Assembly (NCBI GenBank): GCA_950097015.1
Contig: CATNEN010000029.1
Coordinates: forward strand, 2,480,001-2,544,000
From: Macrostomum hystrix
Taxonomy: Eukaryota > Animalia > Platyhelminthes
DNA: 64,000 bases
Reading direction: 5' to 3'
Of this stretch, positions 1 to 12,605 are shown in pieces (the stretch's first letter is position 1; every line of letters begins with the position of its first letter). The notes under the pieces are model-generated. The model saw only the letters and a program-made list of their open reading frames with translations, ran no database searches and was not told the DNA's origin. The translations under genes were made by a program, and so were the position numbers.

Positions 1-454
1 CCCGTATAGTGTCTGTGCCTCACTGCCCCTACATCCTTATGCCGTTGGGATTTGATAAGCATCGCTGATGGGGATAAAGGTAGCGGGAGGCCGCTGTAAC
101 GCGACACCGTGTGGAAACATCCCATTTTTGCTTGTTAAACTTGGGAAGCCGCCAGAATTCAACAATTTGGGGAATGTGGCTGAATACGGTGTGTGTTAGT
201 CCTGTTGCTGCTGCTGCCGCTACTGCTGCTGTAATCTGACAGCGTCTAGTGGCATCCCACAGACTTCCACTGGCTTCTTTCTCACTGATTTTTTATCTCT
301 ATCTCCGTTTCTCCACCTCCAGATAGTCACTCTAAACATATCCTGGATCACACACCTTCATAGTTAACATTTCTGCCTCTCTCGTTATCTATCCGCACCA
401 CTTCTATCCACATCGCTCTTCACCTCCTAACCAGTCTCCCTCATAATCATTCTC

Positions 455-862
455 AGCCCTCCATCTCTCCGCTCTCCCTCTCTCCGCCCTCCCTCTCTCC
501 GCCCTCCCTCTCTCCGCCCTTCCTCTCTCCGCCTTTCCTCTCTCACCCCACCCTTTCTCCGCCCTCGCTCTCTCCGCCTTCGCTCTCTCCGCCCTCGCTC
601 TCTCCCCCCTTCCTCTCTCCGCTATCCATTTCTCCACCCTCGCTCTCTCCAAAATTCCTCTCTCCACCCTCCCTTTCTCCGCCCTCGCTCTCTCCACCCT
701 CGCTCTCTCCGCCCTCCCTTTCTCCGCTCTCGTTCTCTCCGCTCTTCCTCTCTCCGCCCTCTCACTCTCCGCTTTTCCTCTCTCCACCCTCCCTTTCTTC
801 GCCCTCCCCCTCTCCGCTCTCCCTCTCTCCGCTCTCCCGCTCTCCCTCTCACTTTCCCTGCC
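455..862. repeat. Imperfect ~15-bp CT-rich minisatellite (CTCTCTCCGCCCTCC/G)n
   Basis: Roughly 25 degenerate tandem units are visible. They explain the AERGR-type ORFs 404..787 and 622..864. Confidence 0.9.
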
Positions 863-2736
863 ATCTGTCGGTGTAATTAATAACAGTACAATAACATGCC
901 TCTATCTGACAAATAGTCAATCTAAGTAATAAAATTTGTATGTATTTTGCTGTTGTTTTCGAAACTGTTTGCTATTGCTATTGGACAGTTTTGTCGGCAA
1001 GTTAAAGGGCTAGTTTTTATGGTGGGTTGAGCTCTATAAATCTCTACCTGTGAAAGTAAAGAAGCGGTTTTCACTTAGCCCATCATAGAGATCCCCCATC
1101 ATAGAAGGCTGATGAAGCATTGTAAATCTTATCCCTGGTTGTTGGGTGGGCCAATGCAAAGATGCCGGCCTCCGATACTAACCCCGGTTCCCAATGGACT
1201 GTCCTCTCCCACAAAAATACCTAAGTTTGGTATTTTTAGGCTCCATGTGAGTGTGTCTCTTCCCACTTATCCCCACCTGGTTACACCCCACAGGCCCACT
1301 TGATCCGCCAAGCGACTAAAGAATATCAGAAGACAAGCTAACTGCGAATTGAACATTGAGAAAAATTGATTAGAATCTTGACAAAGTCTTGCGCAATAAC
1401 TTTCCTTAAGTTTTGAATTATTTCCTGCAAAAGAAGCGGATTTAGCTGCAAGTCCGGGTGACTGCGGGCTATAAATTTGAAACCCTCAATTTCTATTGCA
1501 AGTCGTAAATGATTAAAAAACTAATAACTCCGTTGCCAAGCAACACGGAAAACACGGAAGCGATGCGAGTCAAGTAGCTGTTATGGGGCATTATTATCAC
1601 GGCTTGCAGCCCTGTACGCGTGCTATAGAGTCGCGAATGCGAAAATAAATATATGGTATCCGGGGGGTGTCGAAACAAAGCAGCTATAGCACAAGTAAGA
1701 AATCAGAGGTAGAAATGGTAATTCGCGCGCACACACACACACCTGATGCAGTACCCGCTGCCTAAGACTTTTAGCATCCACCTGATAGTTCCGCCACCCC
1801 ACGCCATTATTTTACAGCCTTTTCTTATTAGGCGGCAGGTTTTGTGTGTGGCGGGCCATTTTTTTGCTACCGGATTACGATAGCTGCAAGACTGTGGGAC
1901 CGCGATTTAGATCGGTCATAAAGTAGTCATAAAGCAATGACCTAAGAACACCACAAATCCCTACGCCTAGCACCCAGCCTCCCAGCCTCCTCTCTCTCCA
2001 TCACCAAGGGCCGCCTCTGTCAGCACTGGACTCCCTCCCTCTCTCCCTCCCGGTGCTTGACAAGTCAGGTGCAATTTCGGGAAGTCTTTCAAGAAATGCA
2101 ATCCAATGCTACAGGAAAGACAAGCGAGAGCCAGATATTCTGAAGTAGCTTGAAGCATTTTTTCAGATGAGAGGATTATAAGCCGGACGAAGAAGACGGG
2201 TTGTAGGTTGTCCAGCTAGGTTGGAAGAATTTTGCAACAAGACGGTTTTTTGTTTCCAAGCAGTGGAGACCCAGCCCAGTCTGCGGGGGTTAAGGGGGCA
2301 TCGGTGCGGGGGTGGGTACCAGGCCAGAGCGCGCGTGTGTGTTCCTTGACTCGCCACCCGGCCCCCAACTTCTTAGATGAAGAATGCGATGCGATATGGG
2401 CAGCGAGGGCCCAGTAAACATGACCTGTCATATCCAATGCGCCCTGGCCCTCAATCACTGGCTTTACTGTCAGCACTGCACTAGAGGGGGGTCGCTAGTC
2501 TGTAATCCGCGCTTACTGGCCAGTTAGGGGGTTGCAACCTGCGCAACAGCCCCTCCCCCACTCCGAGATCTCGCGAATTTTCCCAATCTCCCGCTGATCT
2601 CTTCAAGCCTGATGCCTGGGGCATAGCAACCCGCAGGTGCTTCTTATACCAAGCATTCTCCGGCGCCAATATCATTTGTAATCAGACTTATACATACTGC
2701 CCATAATCGTGCACCTGGTTCAGTGCACTACCGGCC

Positions 2737-3489
2737 CAGGGGTCTGCCACCTCCAGCCCGCCGGCATGCAAACTCCCCTGTCTAATCTCTCCCCGGTCTA
2801 ATCTCTCCCCTGTCTAATCTCTCCCCTGTCTAATCTCTCCCCTGTCTAATCTCTCCCGTGTCTCATCTCTTCCCTGTCTCATCTCTTCCCTGTCTCATCT
2901 CTCCCCTGTCTAATCTATCCCCTGTCTAATCCCTCCCGTGTCTCATCTCTTCCCTGTCTCATCTATCCCTGTCTAATCTATCCCCTGTCTCATCTATCCC
3001 CTATCTGATCTCTCCCCTGTCTCATCTCTCCCCTGTCTAATCTCTCCCCTGTCTAATCTCTCCCGTGTCTCATCTCTCCCGTGTCTCATCTCTTCCCTGT
3101 CTCATATCTTCCCTGTCTAATCTCTCCCCTGTCTAATCTCTCCCCTGTCTAATCTCTCCCCTGTCTAATCTCTCCCGTGTCTCATCTCTCCCCTGTCTCA
3201 TCTCTTCCCTGTCTCATATCTTCCCTGTCTAATCTCTCCCCTGTCTAATCTCTCCCCTGTCTAATCTCTCCCCTGTCTAATCTCTCCCCTGTCTAATCTC
3301 TCCCGTGTCTCATCTCTTCCCTGTCTCATCTCTTCCCTGTCTAATCTCTTCCCTGTCGGATCTCTCCCCTGTCTCATCTCTCCCCTGTCTAATCTCTCCC
3401 CTGTCTAATCTCTCCCGTGTCTCATCTCTTCCCTGTCTCATCTCTCCCCTGTCTAATCTATCCCCTGTCTGATCTCTCCCCTGTCTCAT
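2737..3489. repeat. 16-bp minisatellite (CTCTCCCCTGTCT[A/C]AT)n preceded by a hAT-like terminus
   Basis: About 45 units at 2773-3489. CAGGGGTCTGCCACCTCCAGCCCGCCGGC at 2737 resembles the end of the MITE at 14947-15683, and the unit is the reverse complement of the array inside that MITE. No second TIR was found. Confidence 0.85.
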
Positions 3490-5122
3490 AAGATGCAGAC
3501 ACTAAGTCACTGTATCTAAACCTGAAGCTAAATTTGCCGAGTTCAAAGAAATCTTCGCATACCAACAACTCGTGAGCCACAGTCATTAAGCAGGACACGA
3601 GGGTCCTCCCCGCCTCCATCTTGTTTCGTTCGTTCTGTCACCTGTCAGTGGGGACTGACTGAACTAGAAAGTGAATTTTGACTCCATCTCTGCCTGACTA
3701 GAAATGCCAAGCATACATTGATGGATCTTTTGTGTTTTCTAAGACTGAAACACAAGTCGAAGAAAGCAGAAGCTTCAAATGCATTTGTGGTGAGCGGGAA
3801 ACAGAGGGAGCCGATGCAATCTAGGCCCAGTTCCATTATTGGCATCCGGTTATAAACAAATAAGTAAAAATATATAATCGACTATGTATAGCAGACAATC
3901 AATTTTCTGATGCTCAACACAATTTTCTCCCCTCCCCACTTTTAAAGTGTCTGTAGAATGATCTGCATTCCTAAACTATACTTAAAAAAAGTTTTTCCAT
4001 AGACAAAACTGGCGCCCCTGTCTTCACTGCTACTGTCAGGAATAGCCAAGTTGTCAAATCGATTTCAACATCTAATACGGATGGCCAATCACTCTATAGT
4101 AGAAAATGAAACACTGTTTTCCCATCTACTAAAGATGGCTTGTTTGTTTATGCCCTGTATATAGGCATGATTGATTCTCTCTTGCTGTTGGGTTCTCTAA
4201 AATTAAAAATTACTCCCTATTTCCCCCCCCCACACACACACACAAATTAGTGAGGGAACAATAGAACAATAGATTATTTCAAAGAGGTTGCTATAATTAC
4301 TAGTTTGCGTTTTGAGTTGTTCTCTCTTTGTTGGCGCAGTGTTGTTCAAAGCAATGCATTCTATATAGTATAATTGTTTTCTTTCATTTTCGACAATTTC
4401 GTATAAACCTGCGGCCCGCTGTGCCATACGCTTGTCATTCAACCGACTCCACGTCACTCCGGCCGCATCAGCAACTTGCAGCCTTGCAGCCTCCCCGTGT
4501 GTGTTTCTGCATCAGAACCCGCCCGCTGATGAATGAAACCCGCCGCCATTTCAATTCCCAGCTGGCAGTGGAGGGACACAACAACGGGGGGTGGGGGGGG
4601 AGCGCCGAAGGGAAAACAGTAAAACAAGCCGAGCTCCCATGGGGCAGAGAAGATAACGAGATTTCCAGCCAATGCCACCAGAAGATGGACACACTGTCTG
4701 TGCGGCTGAGGTTCCATTTGGATCTTTCTTGATTTCAAGTCAATTTTTATAGTCTCATTTTCTAAGGCATTCTAGAACAAAAAATTAGACAGATATTTTT
4801 CATTGATAGTACCTCCCCCAACTGCAGATTTTATACCCGCTGATTCCCAATGGCAGAGTTATCTCAAATATTGATGCTTATCGATATTATTTTTGTAGAA
4901 TTTGAAACCCAACTTTTATTATCAGAGTTCTGAAATCTAAGAAATTCAGAAGCTACTTAAGTGTGAGTGCCTGATAAGTGGCAAGTTTTTGTTTTTGCAG
5001 TTCGGCTTCCAGCTTAAACTGACTTGCTGCTGCACCTGTCCCAGATAGGTCCTGAGTTCGAGTGCACAGAAACGTCTGGGATGAGATCAAAAGTAACGAG
5101 AGTTAACCCCAGCTCCGCTCAC

Positions 5123-5361
5123 TTGAAATAGTCATCGCGGCAGAAGATTTTGCCCTCCCTGGCAAAGCAGGAGCCCGCTGTCTCCAGGCACCGCTGGCAG
5201 TGCTGGCAGCGGAGGCAGCCGCCGTGGTACAGGCAGTCGCCGACCTGTAGGAAGTAGCGATCTGCGATTGGCTGATGGCAGGCCTGGCACCAGGCCGCGG
5301 ACTGCACCGGACTGCACGGCCTGCTGTGCCATTGGCTGGAGCGATGCTGCTGCTGCTGCTG
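5123..5361 (-). CDS. Internal exon encoding a LIM domain, LIM-homeobox type (Lhx6/8-Arrowhead-like or Lhx2/9-like)
   Basis: Translation CQACHQPIADRYFLQVGDCLYHGGCLRCQHCQRCLETAGSCFAREGKIFCRDDYF fits the LIM Cys/His/Asp spacing. Acceptor TTTAATTTCACAG| at 5362 (phase 0), donor AA|GTGAGC at 5122 (phase 2). Downstream exons were not found in the window and subfamily assignment is from memory of family motifs. Confidence 0.9.
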
Positions 5362-5375
5362 CTGTGAAATTAAAA

Positions 5376-5670
5376 GGATGTGTAGAAGTTAGAGCGCCGG
5401 ACTCACGACTTGAAGGTCGGGGTTCGATTCCGGACTCCACTGGAACTATTTTTTAGAAGCAAGACACATTTAAATGAGTACCAGTATTAGCTGGGGTAAT
5501 TGAGGGTGGGTGTGGCATCCCCCAGTCCATGGACTGAACAGCCGTACGCAGCCTTCAGATGCGCCGCACAATGGCTGCGGCTGTGCTGTCGGCTGCACAT
5601 CTGGCCCAATTGGGGCAGGTGCAATCAATTATTATTAATATTATTATTATTACTATTGTTATTAATTAAT
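5376..5670 (+). mobile_element. tRNA-derived SINE, copy A
   Basis: tRNA-like head with B-box GGTTCGATTCC. Central 48 nt (5520-5567) are identical to 22601-22648. Ends in an (ATT)n-rich tail. Confidence 0.85.
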
Positions 5671-5825
5671 CGAACTCCAGACTGAGAAGTCCGGAGTTCG
5701 AATGTCTCTAATGAAAGTAAATGGTTTCCTTGAGCAAGATACATAACTTTCTGTTGCTACAGTTTGCTTAGACATGACTCAGGTAGAAATCTGAGCCACA
5801 TCTTACCTGATCGTTACACAGCTCT
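5671..5825 (+). mobile_element. Degenerate second SINE fragment (CORE-like)
   Basis: B-box-like GAGTTCGAAT followed by TCCTTGAGCAAGATACATAACT, resembling the CCTTGAGCAAG motif of CORE-type SINEs. Confidence 0.5.
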
Positions 5826-8800
5826 TAATTTTAGTTATAAACAAAAAGGAATGAAAAAATCAACAAACATCATCTTCTAAATCAGTAAAAAAGTCCAACG
5901 ACACAAACTCTGCAAAAAATGGTCCATGCCCAAACGCAGCCCTTCAACAAGCCCAGACTTTGTTCTGCTTCAATCGGGAAGGCCAGCTAGAAAAAAAGAC
6001 TCGCGGAAAGACTCACGCTGGGAGCGCCTTGACTGCCTACGTGACAAAGTGACAAAATGCTTGCCGCACAATCAGCCGCATGCACTCGCAGCTACCGCCT
6101 AAACCTGTCTCTCATTTGCCTGTCTGTCTGTTCTCTCTCCTCTCGTTCTCAGGTTCGCGAATCTGCTCGAGCCGAGTCTGGGACGTCAGTCTCCTCATCC
6201 TGCTTCGTTAGAAGGGTAATTGTGAAGGAGACAAAAAGCAGCCGGGACTTGTCTCCACATTGAAGCCAGCTATTGTTGGCGCTCAACTTCACTAAAAGGA
6301 CACACACGGGCCAATTGACCCCCCGACCAGTCAGTGTTTGAAAAGTGAAGGAAAGCCAAGCTTGGCCTTGCGTTCTGTTGAACAAGCTTTTTTCTAAAAA
6401 CTATCAATTTTTTTATGATTTTGAGTCCGCGCTACTGGACCCCTTTGTTGCTATGGTCATGGCAATGGGAGTAGGGGGTCACTGCACTGAGCAGTGATGA
6501 GGAACTCAGCCTCCCGCTGAGCGACTGTGAATTTTCCACGGTTTTGTTCGAATCTGGGGGCTCCGAGTTTTTTCTCATTGTGCATTTAGCTGCGCCTGTG
6601 TCCACCTCATATTCTCACCAAACTTTAAACGGTCGCGTGACATTAAAAAAAAATAACTCGATGCAACGAACTGACAATAGAATGGTAACTGCTCGACTGC
6701 TCAGAACTCAGCACAGTAGCGGTCGTGAGGGAAGTTGAGGAGAGCAATTGTGGGCAAGTACCGGTGGTGTCTTCTCGCTCACCGGGGGGTGACTGGAGGA
6801 CGAAGAGAAAGCACAATCTGGTGTGCTTCGAATCTAGCAATCTCTGCTATTGTCTCCCATTGTCTCCACAGCACAATTGACCAGGTGCCAGTGCAGATGA
6901 CAGACTCAAGTAGCGAAACTAGAAGAAGTGCAATGAGCACTAGAATCATTCTTTGTAGAAATTGCTACTGTACAAAATAGAACAATCTTATAAATAAAGA
7001 GTTGCCACGATGGAGAAAATTTCCTAACTCAATATTCTGAACCGAGTTGAGTTTGGCTATCCAATCGGTCCATCTCGATGTGGTTAGAATTAGAGTCAGT
7101 CTTCCCATGGCTTTCCCACTCGGGTCCAGCTGTAGCGCTTAATTTTTTTTCTGAACTACCTCATGGCTGAGCACTACTTGAGCACGTCCCAAGACCTGGT
7201 CCGCAGGATGGAGGCTGAGGATGGAGAATGAGTGAACTTGGGGTTTTTTTAGCTCGAAACGGTCTGCCCAGGTGCAGGAAAAAAATCGACATTTGGTCGA
7301 GTGAAACTAGCGTTCGCGGAGGCCGCACGCACCCAATGCTGAGCTGGCAGATCTTCACAGTAAAGGATTAAGAGCGGCACAGATGTAGCCATGTTAAAGT
7401 GAGTCTCGCAGTTTAGTAAGCCTATCTATTATGTATTAGTATAGTGGGGCACGTGCATTCAAACCAGTAGAACCGAGCCGCTATGCGTCTGTCGCAACAC
7501 TTTTTTGCTCGCGCAGAGCAGAATAAGATGGGGTTGACCGGTGCGGGCAGGGAGAGGCTTCAATTATTTAAACTTTGGGGGTGTGTCCGAACTGTTTGTC
7601 AAAGCCCGCAACAAACTAATCCCCGCGTCTCGCAGTCTCCCATCTCAAGAGCGGCCCCTATATATGGTAAAAAATGGCTCCCGTTTAGAGTGACACCTGT
7701 GGATGAAGTCCGGACCCACTGGGCGGGTGCTGACGAGATGTGGTGGCCGCCGCGGGGACCCCGGGTCCACAGTTGCAGTTCAATAGCGCGGGATCTATTC
7801 TCCTTATGCCTTCTCCAGTACCCTTCCTACCTTCCCAACCTGACGGCTGCCCCCACCCGCTGGGCGGCTGAATAATTCAAGGAGGCATCTTCTCCTGCTG
7901 GCTTTTCTTCCCGGCAGAGGAGATGGAGCTCACAGCTTGCCGCGGTGGACTGGCAGCGTGGGAGGAGGCTGGGAGCGTTGGGAGCGTAGCGGGCCGGCGG
8001 GGGTGGTGGGTCGGAGTCGCGGCTATGGGAACATCAGCATGCGCTGGGGAACGACGACAATTGACGCTGACTGACGGACACTGGCGGAAGGTCGTGCGTA
8101 AACAGCCGGGTCTTAATCCGTGTGTGTGTGTGTGTGTATGTGTGTGTGTTCATGCTGCTCAAGCTATTTCTTGGGCCTCAAAAAGCGTCCTTAAAAAAAA
8201 CGGGCCGGACACGTGGCTCAGCGGCTACCCAGTCGGTCTTTTGTCTTTGCATCAGGAGGCTGTTGGTAAGGTGTTTTTCTCTTGCCACTTTCGCAACTTA
8301 TACAGGCCTGTCAAAGTGTTAATCCACTTCAGTTTAACCAGCCATTGGGCCGGTCGCCACACTCAGCTATAGTTAACTTTTTAACAGGCCAGTAGTGGGC
8401 ACTCCAAACTATCGACTTGAGCTGCTACTGCTGCTGCTGCTGCCCGGATCTCCTCTCAAACAACTCTCTAACCAGAACTTCTCAAAGTATAATAACGGGT
8501 GAAAGTGGAGCCTTGAGTGAAGGCGAGAGGCGAGAGTTGAGGAGGCGGGTTGAGCTGAGTCCTCTCGGCGAATAATGAAACATTGCGCTTTCACATGAAA
8601 AAAAATCACTTGTGTTTCTTCTTTTTCGACATCTCCCTGAAACCAGCGCGAGTCGAGTGGCACGGGCTTTTCATCCCAATTAATATGAGCTGTGTTATTG
8701 CAAGGCAATCATTAGAAAATGAAAGGGATTCAATAAAAAAATGAGATTCCTGCGCCACGCACGCACGCCGCGTCTCCCCCAACAAGCAATGCACCCCCTT

Positions 8801-10632
8801 GAGTTGTTTGAGTCAAGGAGAAAGTTGCGAGCTGTCCCAGCACAGGGCAAGCAGTGCGCGTGATTAGCGTGAAAGGATTCACAGTTTCTTTTGTGACAAA
8901 AAAATGAGAAGAAAAAACAATTCATTTGAAGTGGCGAAGCTGTGCAGCAATTAATCTAGAACTGCCTCGACTGCAACAACTAGTGCTACTCACTGCAGGC
9001 TAGTTGTAAACATACTCCTATACTCTTCACATTCCCATGAGTTTCTCCAGCCACTCAAGCGGCACCACCTCCTTGGATTAATCAGCGCAAAAAACTTCCC
9101 CGCTTCGAGCCCCCCCCTACCCTGAGAAGCCCGGACACTCCCTGCTCGAGTAGAAACACGGAGAAACAGACTCTAGCGGCTATTGTTCCTCGCCTTAATG
9201 AGGCTGCATTGGTTTTAGGCTTTGAGCAATCAGTGCCTGAGCAGCCGCGTCCTGCTCGCGTGGATTCAGAGTTGACACCACTTCTGCTGAATCTCCGCTG
9301 CCCCCTGCTGCACTGGCATGCTCTGTTGTGGCTCGCTTGAATTCACTGGCACAAAAGATCTGCCAGCTCGTTGATCGAAAGGAGGCGAAAAAAAACAAGA
9401 AAACTCAAATTCGCTGTTTTGGCTCCTCTCTTTAGACAAGAGGAGAGACACTTTCACCCAGACCGAACTGCTGCTGCATGCAGCCAGCTGGAGTTTAGAC
9501 ACCAAAGCCCCATACAAGCTTGAAGGAATTCACGAGTGATTCTTCTTAAGTGATTTTTCCTAGCTAAGCCTCGGGGCTGTCTCAGCCAGTGAGTGCTCAC
9601 GGTGGATCACAGCGTGACGCGCCCTTATCTGGATCGCAGGATGGGACAATTCTACCTCTTCACTTCCCATCCCAAGCGCGCGGAGTAAAGAATTGCGACT
9701 AGTCGAGTGGCATTCGAAAAAAGCTTGAATTGGGATTCAGTCAGGAAAATTTCTGTCCCACTCTTATCTTGTAGGTCCCGGTCTCGGCCCTGGCACCCGA
9801 TACTGTTCGTTAGTGTAGCGTGAGATGAGCATCTCGCTGCGGTGTCGAGTTGCCTTAGTCCGCATTGTTACCTTTACAGCTTCCCATCTTTTTTTACTCC
9901 TTGTAACTTTCTCTCCGTGTGTGGACCCTGCACCCTAAATGGGGCCTACATTCACCTGGGGCTAAACCAGTTCCATATCTGAGCTAAATCTTGTCACATT
10001 TAACTTGAGACGCTGTTGAGTCCAGTCAGTAATGTGATACCTGTACAGTAGCGCTGAGTATTGGCTTACTGCATCTTTGCTACAGCATTTCCTCATCCTG
10101 AAGGGGAGGAGGTCCCACTAAGACAGAGTTACTGGGGGTTCTATGGCCAAACTTATGGCCCAATCGTTCGTTCGTAAAATCTAACTCGAAATTGACGACT
10201 GCTTGCTCATGGATACACAAACAATTCCTAGCCACTTATCTATTCAAAAGCGGATAGACAAAGCGAGTTTAATGCTGGATTTCGAAGTCTTCCTATACCA
10301 TAGCTAGATTCAGCAACTAAAGCAGGTCAATTACACAGACTGCACTGGCTAACAATCAGTTTTATTAAGTGTCGTCTGGTGTCGTCAACATTAATTAAAC
10401 TGGACACACCGCGCTGGGGGGGGGCAGGGCACCCGGTTGTTGCTGACTCGATTTTCAGCCTTTAATTAAATGTTGCACAATTGGCAGAAGGAGGGTTTAA
10501 GGAGGCCGGGTAGAAATACGCGCCGCAATCAGTGAGACAGACGGACCGCCAGATGGACGAGGAATTCTTGATCAACTAATTCTGGGGAAAAGAGAAATAA
10601 TTAGACAAACAAAGAGAGAGCTACATTCTCAC

Positions 10633-10746
10633 CTGCTTCAACGAAAGCTTTGAGCAGCTATTGTTACTGTTGCTATTGTTGTTGTTGTTGCTGCTGCTGC
10701 CATTGTTGCTGCTTCTCAAAGAAGCCGGTCGCTCGTCAGTGGTCAT
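10633..10746 (-). CDS. Candidate first coding exon of the LIM gene (MTTDERPASLRSSNNGSSSNNNNNSNSNNSCSKLSLKQ)
   Basis: ATG at 10746, 38 codons, strong donor CAG|GTGAGA in phase 0 matching the phase-0 acceptor at 5361. The Asn/Ser low complexity is typical of transcription-factor N-termini. No homology support. Confidence 0.4.
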
Positions 10747-11174
10747 GTGGAGCGAATCTATGTTTTTGTTAACAACGGCTTCTCTGCGAAGCTTATGTGG
10801 CGCGGGCACCTATTGGGGATGGGAGATTCTTACTAGACTGCGCAGGTGCAGAACCTCCTCGTCTTCTACTTTTCTAGTTGCTTCCAATCTGAAGAATGAT
10901 TGTCTTTTATGCGCTGCCCTTACCTTTCTCCTTGGGAAAACTTTCTTTTCATTCTGGCGCGCCTCGACCCCCCCCCCGTCCACCCAACCACACCGCTGTG
11001 CCGACTCCCCAATCACGGGAGAAGACGCGCTTCCCTTGCCCGTGAGGGCCTGTGAGAGCTCGTCCCCCATTGGTCGCGCCGCTGCTCCTTCCCATCTCTG
11101 ATGTCCCATCTTTTGTCACCAATTTTCCAGGAAGGGATCTGGGAATCTGGGATTTCTATCTGTAATTATATTCA

Positions 11175-11350
11175 CCAGTAAAGACTGCTTTATGGCTGGT
11201 CAGTCCGTGGACTGGATTACCGCCAGATTGCCCCAAAATTCTCCGTTGGGTAAAACTGATGCTAAGGAATTAAACATCAATTTGTTTCTCCTTGGGCTGA
11301 GATTCGAACTCCCGACCTCTCGATCAAAAGTTCGAAGCTCTAGAACCGCT
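11175..11350 (-). mobile_element. tRNA-derived SINE, diverged copy B
   Basis: Minus strand reads GAGGTCGGGAGTTCGAATCTC (B-box) and later CCAGTCCACGGACTGACCAGCC, matching the conserved body of copies A and C. Confidence 0.7.
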
Positions 11351-12605
11351 CTTGAAAACTGCGATCAAGGGAAGTCTTAGGGACGCCTGTAAATAGCACC
11401 TTACTTTAGAAGTCCATGGAAGTATTTATTGATTTACGCCGAATGAAATATAATTAAAATCCACAGACACTAAATGACACTTTTGCAACACTCACATGTT
11501 TTGTAAAATATCCTATAATTAAAATTGCACTCAAATCAAGCACTGCGGCGCATCGCTCAAACATTTAAAAGGCGCTAATACTTTTCTAAAAAAAATAAAA
11601 GAAGCCAATTCTGCTACTGAAGTAGTCGAAACGCGTTTTTCGCGTGCTACATATCCGCTATTTCGTATGGTATATTCTTGCATCTGTGGGCAAATCTCTA
11701 ATTGTAGGTAATACAACGATCAGATTTAGTTTGGGACTAGAAATAGTTGTGAACTCGACAGGTGGGGACTCAAACACCCACTCAATCACGGAGTGACAGT
11801 TGACTCAAACTAGGATACGGATGGGGGATATGTTTTATCAGTCCAACGCCTTGCCGGCACACCATGTGACGCTGTTATTTAACTTTGGCAGCGCACTTTG
11901 CTGTCATTTTTGGCCTGAAGATTCTATCCACCAGCAGCATTGTGCAAGCGAATTAAAACAAAAGCACTGCACATTATCCGATTGTTCATCGTTCCATTCG
12001 CAGACGAGGTAGAAATGACAAGGCTTTGTTAGCACAAACTAGAAGACACTCAACTATATCGCAAACAGCCCACGAATAGCACTGCAGTGCAGAAGGATTA
12101 GTTTATATTATTAAATAATTTCTTAACTCTCAAGAGGCAACGCCCTGAGAACAAGTCTCAGCTTTTAGCACAACTGCTGCTGTCCGCCTGTTGGAAGAGA
12201 AATTCATAGAGAAAGCGCATTGTGAGACACTCTTCACTCCCTTTGCGCTCGATTCTAGTTAGAAAGTAATTAGGGAAAGACTGCTTTTCTTTGAGCTTTG
12301 GTCTCAAGCTCGGACGCAGGCCGCGCAGCCAGGGTTATTGAACAATGGAACTGTGAGCAGATGAGCTTTATACGTACAAAGCAGTGAAGCACAATGCTAA
12401 TAGACCGAGTACCGTGCTGGCTTGTTAGCTGTTAGCTGACGGGCAAAGAGAGACAGGCACGCTATGCAATTTTCCGAATTTGGCGGGAGTGGCTGTGCTG
12501 ATCTGTTTATTTGAGCTGTGCTATAAAGCTCAGGACTGTATCTGCTTGGTGCTGCTTTGCCGAGCACTGTTTTTAGCCAACACTAGCGCATAGCCAGCCC
12601 AGTTC

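Noticed and set aside
1967-2476. Second LIM or homeodomain exon of the LIM gene
   Set aside because: The minus-strand ORFs here lack LIM Cys/His spacing or homeodomain motifs. The remaining exons probably lie left of the window.
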